A stretch of 64,000 bases of DNA from Lama guanicoe (taxonomy: Eukaryota), in assembly GCA_013239625.1 (NCBI GenBank), contig MU054001.1, forward strand, positions 310,001 to 374,000, written 5' to 3'. The first letter of the stretch is position 1. Every line of letters starts with the position of its first letter. The position numbers and the translations under genes are program-made. The notes below the pieces were generated by a model that searched no databases, had not been told where the DNA came from, and worked only from the letters and a program-made list of their open reading frames with translations. This document shows positions 38,975 through 51,214 of the stretch, in pieces.

Positions 38975-39225
38975 AGGCAGTACAGTGTGGATGCCAAGCA
39001 GGTAGTCTTTGGAATTGCTTTCCGATTAGAAACCAACACTGCTCCGTAGTAAGTGGGTGACTGTCAGCTAAAGAGTGAAAATTTCCGTGCCTCAGTTTTC
39101 TAAGTCTTTACAATAGTGGAGAGAATAGTACCACCTTGTAGAGTTATTCTGGAAATGAAATGAGTTAGTAGGTATAAAGCATTTACATAGTAGCTGGCAG
39201 AAAGTAAATGCTCAATCAAACATTT
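38975..39225 (+). mobile_element. MIR SINE
   Basis: GTGCCTCAGTTTTC...AATAGTACCACCTTGTAGAGTT...AAATGCTCAATCAAA. Confidence 0.75.
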
Positions 39226-39810
39226 GATGTACTGATCCTTATCGTTATTTTTTTCACGAGTCTTTTCTCGGCGCTTTTGCTTTAGGATTTGAGAGGTGGT
39301 CCTTACAGACCAGTTGGTGTGTCCAGTGTAAAAGATACTCAGCCAGTTAAACACAGGAAATGACTCTGGCCCAGTCTCTCCAGAAGGTAGACCGTCTCTT
39401 TATCTGCTGTTTTTATTCATCACCACAATCTGTCTTCTCGGAGAGTTTGTTGAACATGAGGGTTGGTCTTTGGGAGTTAAGTGTTTCCTTGAATCAGACC
39501 CATGAGAAACGAGCTGCCCTCCCATTTCTGTGTCTGGCATTTGAGGTGCGGCATGGGGACCTGGTCAGCTCAGAGTGGAAACAGCCATTGACAGTTGAAT
39601 CACAGCAGGTCTTAGCAGGCCAGAGGGAAACATCTTTGGTTATGCCCAGTAAGTATAACAAACTAAAACAGAAAAAACCCCTAATTTGGACGAAGTGATT
39701 TAAATTTGTGTGTATTGATGGAACCTGGGATAATTTAAAGGAGGAAGGTGACAAATCTATGTTTCCAGAAAAACATTACCTGAAGCTGCATCCATTGATG
39801 TAAGCAATCA

Positions 39811-39829
39811 CAGCGCCCCCTGCAGGAGG
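39811..39829 (-). promoter_or_regulatory. Candidate CTCF binding site
   Basis: Minus strand CCTCCTGCAGGGGGCGCTG closely matches the CTCF core CCnSYAGRKGGCRS. Confidence 0.7.
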
Positions 39830-42800
39830 AAGCTAGTCACTTTATCTCGCTGCGTGTAAGTCAGGGATAGTGGCTAAAAGTGGTGCTGGACTGACCAATT
39901 ATGGGGGAAGGATCTGCTGGTTGTATTTACTATGAAAATGTTTATTACATCAGTCGACTGTTTAAAAAGCGTGGCTGGACCATAAGTCAATGACAAAAGA
40001 TGAAATATTTGAACCTACTGTCCAAAGGTTTTGGGAAACCTGGGTGACTGAAAGCTGTCACCGGTCTTGGTGAGATGTAGACAATTCAGAATTGCCTCAT
40101 GGTCAATAAGAGCCAGCTGTTACCAGGCCCTCCCCTGCTGCATCTCATTTAAATTCACACTGGGAACCCCCTCCCACACACACACACACACCCCGCCTCA
40201 AAACTGGGTCCTTTTTGGTAAATCTCATCAGCACTTAGACGGCAAGATAATGCCAAAATTCACCCGGCGAAACTCCAGGGGCTGGCTTTCCTGGAGTCAA
40301 GCCCTATGTGGCCCCACCGTGGGGCCATGACCTTACATGGCCACTGGGTGTCGCTGTGCCACTGGGCTGGGCCACAGAGAGCACTTATCTGGCTGTTAAA
40401 AAACCTTGCCTCTTAAGGAAAACAGTGGAACAAGACAGTTGGGTGACTACTCAGACAGGCCTTAATTATAATGCAAACCTTGTCAAAAAATACGATGTTT
40501 ACTGTAGGAGGCATTTTACATGACTAACTTTCACATGCTAGGAGACATTTTAGATCCAGTTTCAAACAAAATAAAAAGAAGAAGAAAAGCAAAGCAAGAG
40601 AGAAGCCAAATGAACTTTTGCAATTCTTAATCCCCTAAATGGTGATATTCTGATATGTTATGTGGTTGTGTTGTGGGATGATCAATGCCAGGATGGATTT
40701 TGTTTTCCTTTTTTTTTTTGGCTCTGACAGCTTTTATTCCCCCCACCCCCTTCCAAGAGCCACAAAAAAATGTTTTTCAAATGAGCACAGGCAAGTTTGT
40801 GTCACCCGGTGATTGATTGCTCACTCTGGTTCAGCTTTTGATAATTAAGTTCTACTCTTCACAGACGAAGGCTATCCTGCCAAATCCAAAATACCCTGGA
40901 AAATGTAAAATTAGAACCTTATGAGAAAAAGAGATTAAAAGAGCTAAATATATGTGTATGTAGTTTGGCTAAGTGGTGATTGGGGTGGGGTGTGAAGGGG
41001 GGGCACGATTTGATAACTGCCCACTAATCTCTATAGGGGCACATGGCAAGGAAGAGGGGGAGCATTTACACACAGGGATGGGGGGAATTCAGAGTAAGGA
41101 GACGACTTAAATAAAAAAAGAAGAACATTTAGGACAAGTATCACTATAATAGCCCTGACTGATGGGGGCTAGTACTTCAATTAGGATAGCGTCTCCAAGG
41201 GGAAGTATTAGAATTCCAACGCTAGAGACATTTCATATAGGTTTATCCTAGACACAGGCTGGCGGTACTATACAGAGACCAAAAAACCCTCTCCTGATCC
41301 CACAGGGGTGGGGCAGGTTTTCTTCAAACTCTTTCTATGTCTGTAAATCTTTCATTTAGAAGCCTTGAGGTTATACACCATTAAATACAATTTGCTAACT
41401 GGAATGTTCAGGCCCTCACGACTGGTTCTGAATCATGAGCTGGGGAATCCATGTGACTGCTTCAGAAGTCCACCACGAAATCCCGGCGGGGGTTGGAGGG
41501 GGCAGCGTCACAAGCTCGTTGGCCTGGAGGCTGCCATCTTGTTTGGCTGCTTTTGTGGTTCACCCACTACACTCAGGCTGTGACTGGTGGAAAGCAGCCC
41601 GTCCTTTCACCAGGGATCAACACCACTGACCACAACAGGCACCAGAAACAGCTGAGTGATTTATTAGAAGGGACTGCAAAAGATACTTTAAAAGCAAATT
41701 CCCTTACCCCGCCATGTAATGTACCAAGGTTGTGGGGGTGGTGTGGAAGGGCCAACAACCCATGTGACCATGACATTCTTGGCAGAGAGCACCCTCTTAG
41801 CTGGCGTACTTGAGTGGGCAGGAGCTGGGTTTCACAAACCATTCCTATCTTGAGGACTTCTAGTGTTCATTTGATCGCCCTGAAACTGGATCCTTATCTG
41901 CCCCGGTAATTTATCTCTTTGGAAGGAGAAAGCAAGGGAAAAGACAGATGCAGTTGATAAATACACTATTTTGCAGTGTACAATTAGCCTCAGTTAAATG
42001 TTAAAGTGCTACTGATGGGGGCTGCCTTTCTGCTGTGAAATTGATATTTTAAACTGCCAGGACTGGAGCTGGTTCTCCCCGGCCCCAACCACTTTCTTCC
42101 CTGGAGTGTGGTGGGGCAGGGGAGACACTTAAGTTTGCCCACTGGGAAATTTCTCAAGTCTGGAGGGAGGATGAAGATATGGTCAGGCCAGGCCAGATTG
42201 GCTTTTCCTCTTTGCCAAGAAGCTCTTGGATTTTGCATCGGATTTGTGTGTGTGTGTATATGCATCCAAGTGTAAGCCGGCCTTAAGGGTAGTCTGGCCT
42301 GACCCTCCGCTCAAGGGGAGAGAGATAGCTTAAACCTGCTTTCTGTCAGAACTCCCTCCCCATCGAGATGGCTTGGTGGGAACCCAGAGATAAAAAATGG
42401 GAACTGACTTCTTCCATGGGGCAGGAAAACAAGCAGGAGGAAAAGAGGCTTCCTGCCCCCTCTGTCAGCTGATAAGCCTAACTGGCCAGGTCTGCCTGCT
42501 GCATGTTGATTACGCCTCCTGACGAAGCACTGTCGATGGGCACCACGTGGTGTCACCGTGGTGCCCGCCTTGCGCAGTGTTCCCGCCTGTTATTAGGACA
42601 GCAACCTCGTCCCGTGGTCTGGCTTCTTAGCATTATAAAGTGGGTCCAAGGTGGGAAGCATGCACTCATCTTGGGGACCGCAGAACAAGTTGATGACTAC
42701 TCCAGGCCCATGCAGCATGTTACCTCTTTGGGGCAGAAAAGATGCCTTCCTTGGTTTCAGGAAGAACCGAGTTACTAATACTGTTCTGAGTGTGGCTTAT

Positions 42801-43289
42801 GTTTTCATTAAGCCCCAGAATTAAGACGAATGCTGTTCAAGGATCCCAAGCCCATGTGGTCGGTCTGGGGAGCAGGCTGGCATTGGGTACACACAGGCTT
42901 TCAGACTGAGATGGGAAAACAGAGGAAGGGGTGGCCATTGGGCTGTCTCGAGCCTTGCAACACTGTGGTTACAGCTGAAAGAGCCTGGACAAGTCGCTTT
43001 ACTTCTCTGAGCCTCCATTTCCTCATCTTTACAATGGAGATAATAATAGTACTTACCTACAAAGACCGTTGCAAGAATTAAATCACCCCTTCCGCACCCC
43101 GACCACACACCCATAAAGCTTAGAGTGGTCCAAAGCAAGTCTGATGCATCTTTGTAAATATTAGGATGCCATTTCCCATCGTCATTCCTCTCATTCCTTC
43201 ACTCAAGACCAGATTTTGATCTATGAGGGCACTAAGCACTGAAAATATTAAGGATATGAGGACTTGGGTGGGGACCCAAAGCACCTCTT

Positions 43290-43780
43290 GCTATGTTCTG
43301 AGATCATTCTGAAAGCAACATGGCAGCACTTGGTCAACTTAAGTATATGTATGACCCAAGGGCCAGCTGTTCAGACCCTGTGGATAAGCCCCGCGGAGAT
43401 TCCCACACAGGTCACTGTAAAGAGGAAATACGTTGCATTGTATTTTCTGGTGGTGGAGACTTGGACAGACCATCTGGGTTCATCCTTGGGAAAATTGAGA
43501 ATGCTCACCATAGAGAATGGAGAAATAGAAGCAACAGACTTAGTAACACACAGCAGTGGGAATCGGGTTTCAGTGGATGGCGTTATCGTGAGAAAGTAAG
43601 AAATATAATGAGAATATGCAGTGCGATGCCATTTATGTAAGTTAAATATACACCCACATGAAGAATACATATTTTGTAAGGGGACATGCAGTCATGAAGA
43701 TAGACTTTAGAAGGACTCCCTGTGGGAGAAGAGCACAGTGGGTATTCATGGGAATTATCAGATAACCAGAGAAATACAGG
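43290..43780 (+). mobile_element. Old LINE-1 (L1ME-like) 3' fragment
   Basis: Degenerate GAAAGCAACATGGCA, ATGACCC and ATGCCATTTATGTAA motifs. Confidence 0.55.
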
Positions 43781-44029
43781 GAAGTGGCTCTTGTCCAGAG
43801 GGATGATGGCAGTGCGTGGTAACTGAGGACAAAATGAACTCAACCCCTTGCCCCCGAGTTCCCAAAAGAGGACTGATTACCCCTACATGTTATGAAAAGT
43901 AAAATGATTATATAGTCATATGTTATATATACACATATAACAATGTAACATATTATATATACACACATAAAACTATGAACTAAGTGGAGAAAAGTTTAAT
44001 AAATCTATGGATTTTCCTCATTTAAAACC

Positions 44030-44645
44030 CTTTTTATTTTGGAATCATTTTAGATTTATCGAAAAGTTGCAAAGGAAGGACAGTTCCTCCAGACCCTTCA
44101 TCCAACGTCCCCTAGTGTTAGCATCTTACAGAATTATGGTATATGTGTCATGACTCAGAAACCAACATGATACATTACTATGAACTAAACTCCAGACTTT
44201 ATTAGAATGTCACCATTTCCCCACTAACATGGAATCTAGGAGACTGCATTACATTTAGTTGTCAAGTCTTCTCCAATCTGTGACAGTTTCTCAGACTTTT
44301 CTTGTTTTGCTTGACTTGATGGTTTTGAGGACTACAGGTCAGGTAATTTGTAGAATGTCCCTAACTTTTGATTTTTCTGCTGTTTTCTCATGATTCTGGG
44401 TAATAATGTCACAGAGGTGAAATACCCTTCTCATAACACGATATCCGGGGTATATGATGTCAACATTATTTTTCACATGGGACATTAACTTTCAACCACT
44501 TATCTGCCAGGTTTCCCCACAGTAAAGTTAAGCATTTCTCTTTTTTTATATTCTATTATTTGGAAATGAGTCACTAAGTCTAGCTCATACCCAACAGGAG
44601 GGGAATTAAGCTCCACTTCTTGGAGGGGGTAAGTTTCTACATACA
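44030..44645 (-). mobile_element. L1MC-like 3' end
   Basis: TTTTAGATTTATCGAAAAGTTGCAAAG...ACATTACTATGAACTAAACTCCAGACTTTAT...GAGTCACTAAGTCTAGC. Confidence 0.75.
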
Positions 44646-44659
44646 TTTCTCAATGCATT

Positions 44660-44903
44660 TTTTCTTTCTTTTTTTTTTTTATTGTGGTAAGATACACGTA
44701 ACACAAAACGACCATCTTAACTGTTTTTCTAAAGTCCTTTTGTTTCAGACTTATAAGTAGGGGCACCAGGACTGACCATCACCAGCTGCCCAAATACCAA
44801 AAAATTACGCTTCCGAAATCTCTCGATGTGGATTCTGCATGTAGAGCCATCAAGCTGCCCTCCATGAGCCACTCATGATTAACCACCTTTAAGTGTACAG
44901 TTC
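44660..44903 (-). mobile_element. Very short L1MA-like 3' end, split by the U11 retrocopy
   Basis: Poly-T then ATTGTGGTAAGATACACGTAACACAAAACGACCATCTTAA [U11 insert] CCTTTAAGTGTACAGTTC; TSD tctcaatgcatt (44648-44659) / tctcaatgaatt (44904-44915). Confidence 0.75.
44759..44878 (-). pseudogene. RNU11: U11 snRNA processed pseudogene, 5'-truncated
   Basis: Minus strand reads ...TCATGAGTGGCTCATGGAGGGCAGCTTGATGGCTCTACATGCAGAATCCACATCGAGAGATTTCGGAAGCGTAATTTTTTGGTATTTGGGCAGCTGGTGATGGTCAGTCCTGGTGCCCCT, colinear with mammalian U11. Sm site AATTTTTTGG at 44797-44806. The first ~13 nt are missing and many differences are CpG transitions. Confidence 0.92.
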
Positions 44904-44915
44904 TCTCAATGAATT

Positions 44916-46119
44916 AAAAACATAGCTTTATTGAGATATAGTTTGTAGCCCATAAAATTCACCCCTTTAAAGCATAAAAATCAAGGATTTTAATATATTC
45001 ACTGGGCTGTGCAACCAACATCGCCCCTATTAAGAATCATTTCTTATTCCCATCCTCCCTCCAGATCCTGGCAACCACTGACTCTATAGATTTTCCTATT
45101 CTGGATACTTTTTATAAATGGAATCATATAATATGTGGTTTTTGTGACTGGCTTTGCACTTTTCATCCACATCATAGCATGTGTCAGTAAGGCATTCCTT
45201 TTTATTGAGGAATATTTATAGTCCATATTCTATTTATCCACTTATCGGTTGATAACTATTTGTGTAGTTTCTACTTTTTGGCTATTATGAATAATGCTGC
45301 TATGAATATTCACGTGTAAGTTTTTCTTTTGCGGACATGTTTTCATTTCTTTGGGGTATATTCCTAGGAGAAGAATTTCTGGGCCATATGGTAGCTCCGT
45401 GTTTCTCATCTGAGGAACTGTCAAATTGTTCTTCCAGAGTGGTTTCACCATTTTGCATTTCAGCTAGCAGCGTATGCAGGGTCTGATTTCTCCAAATCCT
45501 GGTTATGATCTGTCTTTTTTTCTGATAGCCTTCCTAGTGGGGATGGAGTGGTATCTCATGGAGATTTTCATTTGCATTTCCCTAAGGGCTTATGATGCTC
45601 GACAGTTTTTCATGTGTTTATTGGCCATTTGCATATCTTCTTTGGAGAAATTTCTATTGAAATCCTTTGCTCATTAAAAAAATTGAATTGCTCGTGTTTT
45701 TATTATTGAGTTGCAAGAGTTCTTTATATATGCTGAATACCGGCCCCTTATCAGATGTATGATTTGCACATATTCTCCCATTCTTTTGATTGTCCTTTCA
45801 CTTTCTTGATGGTATTATTTGCAGCCCCCAAAAGCTTTTAATTTTGATATGTCCAATTTATCTGTTTTGTTATCATGGTTGCTTGTATTTTTGGTGTCAT
45901 ATCTAAGAAACCATTGCCTAATCCAAGGTCATAGAGATTTACTCCTATGATTTCTTCTAAGAGTTGTATGGTTTTAGTGCTAACATTCAGCTCTGTGATC
46001 CATTTTGAGTTAACTTTTGTATACGGTGTCAGGAAGGGGTTTCTTTTGCCTGAGGATGTCCAGTGGTTTAAGTACCATTTGCTGAGAAGATGATCCTTTC
46101 TTCCATTGAATTGTCTTGG
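44916..46119 (-). mobile_element. L1MB-like 3' end plus ORF2 C-terminus
   Basis: AGCTTTATTGAGATATA 3' terminus; ORF 45242-45451 reads VKPLWK...ELPYGPEILLLGIYPKEMKT. Confidence 0.9.
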
Positions 46120-46440
46120 TTCTCAGTGCCTTCCTGAAATATCAAGATTTCCGCACCCAAACTGTGTGGTGTCTCCACTTTGCCTGCCCTAAGCCCAAGC
46201 TGCTCAGTCAGCTTTACAGTGACACTGTTTCATGGAAAGAGCGCCTGCTTTTGGTGGGTTCAGACAGACCTGAACTTGTTGTCTAGCCCAGCACTTACTG
46301 ACTCCACCTCTCTGGAACATCACTGAACTTCTCTGAGCCTCATCCCTTTATCTGAGAAATGTGAACGGTGCAAGGATGACGGTAGGTGGGGGTGAGAGTG
46401 CTTATTCAAGTGCTTTGTAAACTATTAATATGAAGTGCCC

Positions 46441-47010
46441 TGTTATTTGTTATTGACTGCTCCACAACAAATTACCCCCAATCTTAGTGGGTTTTTTAAA
46501 ATGGAGGTACTAGGGATAGAACCCAGAACCTGGTGCACGCTAAGCACGAGCTCCCCCTTAGTGGTCTAAAACCGTAAAAATTTACTATCTCATGGTTTCC
46601 GTGGGTGAGGAATGTTGGCATGGCCAAACTGGGCTCCTTGGCTGAAGGTCTCTCCTAGGTTGCATCGGAGGTCTTGGCGAGGGCTGTGGTCATCTGAAGG
46701 CTCCACTGGGGAAGGACGCACTTCCAGACTTGCTGGTGTGTTGTCAACAGGACTTGGTCCCTCACAGGCTGTTAGCTGGAGGTGCCCTCAGCTCCTTGCC
46801 GTGTGGATTTCTCCACTGAGCCACTTACAACCTGGCAGCTTGCTTCATCAGGGCAAGCGAGAAGAGTCAAGGTGTTTACATGATGGAAGCCAGTCTTTTA
46901 TAACTTAAACTCGAATGATGATCCATCACTTTTGCACATTCTATTTGTGAGAGATCCAACCCACACTCAAGGGGAAGGGATTACACAAAGGTGTGAATGC
47001 CAGGAGGTGA
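46441..47010 (-). mobile_element. MLT1E/F-like LTR containing a SINE
   Basis: ACAAATTACCCCCAATCTTAGTGG, CATCTGAAGGCTC and CACACTCAAGGGGAAGGGATTACACAAAGGTGTGAAT. Confidence 0.78.
46491..46556 (-). mobile_element. 5'-truncated tRNA-Ala-derived SINE inserted in an MLT1 LTR
   Basis: Minus strand ...GTGCTTAGCGTGCACCAGGTTCTGGGTTCTATCCCTAGTACCTCCATTTTAAAAAA; TSD cttagtgg at 46483-46490 and 46557-46564. Confidence 0.82.
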
Positions 47011-47769
47011 GCCTCTGCTCTTTATCTGTAAAATGAGGCTAATAAAAGTATCTTCTGCCTAGAGCTGTTGTGGGGTTAAATAAGTTAGTGTAGGGAAAGT
47101 GGACGATGCCCGGGACATAGCAAGCACTCAATAAATGCTATTATTGTAACACCAATATATTATATATTTCCCCCAGTTTATTTAAAAATAGGCACAAAAT
47201 ATTTTAAAAAATATTTCATGTGTATGCCACCCAAAATGACCTTGTGTACCCCAGTAACTCACACATTTCACACTTTCGAAAATGCTTCTGAAAGTTGTGA
47301 TCTCTCAAGAGAAAATGTGTACACACACACACACTCCGGCAAAAGCAGCAGGAAATCCCAAAGAGGAGATAAAGTAATTGATAGTGGCTTTGGGAAGATA
47401 CTGACAGGGCATCTGAGGGTGTGTTTGTTTCTGGATTACAGTGACAGAGCAATAAGGAAAAACAGACTCTGTTTATCCTGCTTGATGCCAGCTTCCAGAG
47501 AGGCCAGGAAACACATCCGCCCCTATCTAGTGACTGTGTTGTCGTGGGGCCCTCCTCGGTCCCTGTCCTTCTAGCTGGCTGCTGTGACCTGCTGAAGGCC
47601 TCCCACTGGTGTGTGTGGGGTTCTGCTTTGTCCATCTTTTTTGGGGGGGGGGGCACTTATCTCTGGAGCCTGGATCTGTGCACAGAGTCTGTTTTGAGGC
47701 AGGAGGGCGCTGCTTCTGTGGCCTCAGTCACCTGCCTACGGTGGCTAATGGGAAGAATCTGGGCTAAGC

Positions 47770-48215
47770 TTGGTGGTATCGTTTGTGATTTTTTTGTGTT
47801 ATTTCCTACGCCTTCTTCAAAAGCACCCTGATTTTGTTCTAGGAGAGCCCACCCTACTTCACTTTTGGTTCGTGGGCTTCAGATTCCTGGGGAGGAGCCT
47901 GTGACTGAAGCTAAGTCAGTCAGCTCTGTTCATCCATCTCACCACGGTGTCTGGTTTAGGGATGGGCACATGGCCCAAGTGGACCCACTCAGAACCATCC
48001 TGACTCAACACTGGGACCTTTGTTTGTGCTATCAGAGAAGAAGCCCCTCCTCCCCTGAACTGGCACTGGGAATATAGGAGCCCGAAATGGCCAGAGATGC
48101 CTGAGGATGGAGCCAACCCAGGGGGAACAGAACCAAGAGACGGATCTTGCTGATATTATTGGAGCCTGAATCACACTGTGCCTGAAGTCCACTATACTCC
48201 TGGATTTGTCTTTTG
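47770..48215 (+). mobile_element. Old ERVL/MaLR-type LTR
   Basis: TGGTTTAGGGATGGGCACATGGCCCAAG and GAGCCTGAATCACACTGTGCCTGAAG. Confidence 0.6.
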
Positions 48216-48534
48216 CAAGTTAAAAATACAATACCTGGTTCTCAGACTCACCTCTGGGAAAATTAGTAGTCTCATTAAACCATTCCATTTGAGGAGCTGC
48301 TGGCGAATGCTGGTGGGTGCGACTTTAAAAATTGGAAACCAATGTTATTTGCTTCTTAGTTCTATGGAGGAAATTATGGCCACTAGCTACATATGTCACT
48401 TTTATAAAGTCTGCTTCTTCTACTCAATACACACATCATCCTTCCTAGTCCAAGTCTAAGAACACCCTCTGGACCTCTTCTGGATTTTCTGAAAGTGTAC
48501 CTGTGTGGTTGCTGAGGTTTTAAACAAGCCCCAA

Positions 48535-48765
48535 TAACAGCTCATGATTATTGAGTGCATAGGCTACACCAGGCTTGTGCTGTAACTTCACCAGCACCAC
48601 CTCATTTAAGCTTCAGTTAGTCATGTGAGGCAGATGCTAGGACTAATCCCATTTTACAGATGAGGTAACTGAGTCTGGGAGAGGTTAAGTCATTTATGCA
48701 AGGACACATAGGTGGTGAAGACAGGATTCAAGCCCAGGTACTCTGATTCGAGAGCTCGTGCTCTT
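48535..48765 (-). mobile_element. MIR SINE
   Basis: CCCATTTTACAGATGAGGTAACTGAG...GAGGTTAAGTCATTT...GGATTCAAGCCCAGG. Confidence 0.85.
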
Positions 48766-50016
48766 TGCTGGCTTTATATTGTATTTATTCATCAAAATAT
48801 CACAAAGCAATGCTGCCTTGCATTTTAAAATTTGATTTCAGTGTCCTTTCACATATCACCACATTTTATCATCGCTACCACTATGGGACACCTGAATTTA
48901 TCCTCATTTTACAGATAAGGAAACAGAGATGCCTGAAGTTTGGGCAATTCAAGCCCTGACATGGAAAGAATAAACAAGTGGAGCTGGTTCGGTCCCTGGT
49001 CCTCTTCAGGGCCGAGGGTTCAAGTCTATGAGACATTAACTGTAATTCACTCACAGGTTTCCAAGAACTAGTTGGGGGTTACAGCATGGTTTTTGACAAA
49101 CCACAACTATAAATGGACTGTTCGATTATGGATTAGCCTGGAGAAACCATCAAAGATTCCATTTTACTAAAAGCAATCAGCCTTATATCTTTGGGGATTC
49201 TAAGAATTTGAAACACTAGTATAAGTAATAGTATTGATAATAGTATTAACAGCCATAGTAACAAAACAATCAGCATGGTAGGTGCTTTTCTAGGATGTCA
49301 TAAAAATTTGACCCTAGGAAATGCATACGGTGGGGATCACACCCATTTTAGAGATCAGGAAATCAAGGCTTAGAGTTGTTGGGTGAGTATTCTAGGATCA
49401 CATACCTCACGTGTGATGGAGTCAGGACTTGAACCCCTGCTCCACAGTCTTAGCACTTACTCTAGGGCCATGCTGTTTCCTTCTGTTCACTTCATCTCTT
49501 TAACCTTCGTAACCTCCATAACACCCCCCTTTGCTCTGGGATATCTTTGCTGAGGCCCCCCTCACTCCCAAGGAGTTCCACCCACATTCATGAATCCTCA
49601 TTGTTGCCTTTATAATAAAATCTCTTCGTAAATTTTAACCACTTGGCACTTGATTATAATGTAATAAAAGGACTATAATGTAAATTGATATCTTACATTT
49701 ATTGTTGTTTAAATGATGAGAGAGAAGAGAAAGTTCATAAAATATTTAAATATTTCTTTTCCCTCGAGGGCTGTGACTAGAAGGATCTTTCCAGTCCTCT
49801 CAGCATTTTTTTTTCCCTCCCCAGTTTCAGGCATCATAGGCAACTGAGAACATTCCAGTGCTGTTGCTCTGTCTGCAGATACAAGCATGCTATGAAGTGT
49901 GGCCTCATTTCTATATGGTCCTTACTGATATGGGCAGAGATTGCTTGGTTTCTGCTAACTCAAGCAAAAAAAACCAGGCAGTTAATCTGAAGACTGTGGA
50001 GGCATCTTATGAAATG

Positions 50017-50462
50017 TGTATCAGTCATCTATCACTGCAGTAATGCTGTGTAACAAAGCAGTTAAATCAACACAATGATTTTCGTTGATGAGTCTGTGAA
50101 CTGTCAATTTAGGCTAGCTTCAGCAGGGGTGCCCTCCTGGTCTCTGCTCAGCTTATTTACATGTCTGTGGTAGGTGCAAGTCAGTTTATCTAGAACGGCT
50201 GTGGCTGGGCAGCCTGGGGGACTCAACTGGGTTCCATGTGTCTTATCACCCAACAGGATAGCTTGAACATGTTCTCACGGTGAAGGTTGAGGGCAAAAAC
50301 ATACATGGAAACACTCCAGTGCTTTTTCAAGCTTCTCCTGAATCATGAGCTAATGTCCCCATGAGTGCCTCATGACTGAGCCCAGAGTCAAGAGTGGTAC
50401 TACACTTTACATAGCAAAGGGTATGAATACTGGGAGGGGCCATGAATACAACCAATCTACTG
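50017..50462 (-). mobile_element. MLT1H/I-like LTR
   Basis: TGTATCAGTCATCTATCACTGCAGTAATGCTGTGTAACAAA and CATAGCAAAGGGTATGAATACTGGGAGGGG. Confidence 0.78.
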
Positions 50463-50818
50463 TGGTGCCCAAAGCAGGAAGGAGGAGTGGGCTTGTGTGG
50501 CTCAGGAATCAGATTGGAAGTTGTCACACACTAAGGCAGCACTCTCCCCTGGCAGCTACTCAACATATTATCTCTACAGCAACCTGAGCATCTTTTCCTC
50601 TTGCTTCCACAGAGTGCCTCCTCTGCTGCCTCTGTCCACGTTAGTGTGTGCGTTTGTGTCTTCACTGGAATGTCACTGCCCTGGCTCTTTGTGGGCATCC
50701 ACATCAGGCACGATTCCAGTACCCTGGGTCCCAAACTCACATTCCTGGGACTGACAAGTGATTGGTTCAACCCAGCCTCTGGAATCGTGACCCTGGCTTG
50801 GGAATCTTCATTCTCCCC

Positions 50819-51200
50819 TGTATTCTTTTGTTAGAGCTGCTGTCACAAAGTCCCACAGACTAGGTGACTTAATCAACAATTAGTTTCTCATAGTTCTGGA
50901 GACTATATGTCTTGAGATCAAGGTATCCACAGTGTTGGTTACTTCTGAGGCTCCTCTCCTTGGTTTAGAGATGGCCGTCTTCTCCCAGTGTCCTCACATG
51001 TTCTTCCCTCTGAGAACATCTGTGTCATAATCTCCTCTTCTTATAAGGACTCCAGTCATAATGGATTAGGACCCACCCTAATGACTTAATTTTTAACTTA
51101 ACTCCCTCTGCAAAGACCCTACCTCCAAACAAGGCCACATTTTAGGTACTGGGGGTTAGGATTTTAACATAAAAATTTGGAGAGAATATAATTCAGAATA
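50819..51200 (-). mobile_element. MLT1A/B-like LTR
   Basis: CACAGACTAGGTGACTTAA, CATAGTTCTGGAGACTA and TCTTCTTATAAGGACTCCAGTCATAATGGATTAGG. Confidence 0.85.
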
Positions 51201-51214
51201 ATTTAAACTTGTTC

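Larger units (their letters stand above)
38878..39970 (+). repeat. Dispersed ~100 bp direct repeat (38878-38978 and 39871-39970)
   Basis: TAAAAGTGG.G.TGGACT...GATCTGCTGGTT.TATTTACTA present in both copies. Confidence 0.85.
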
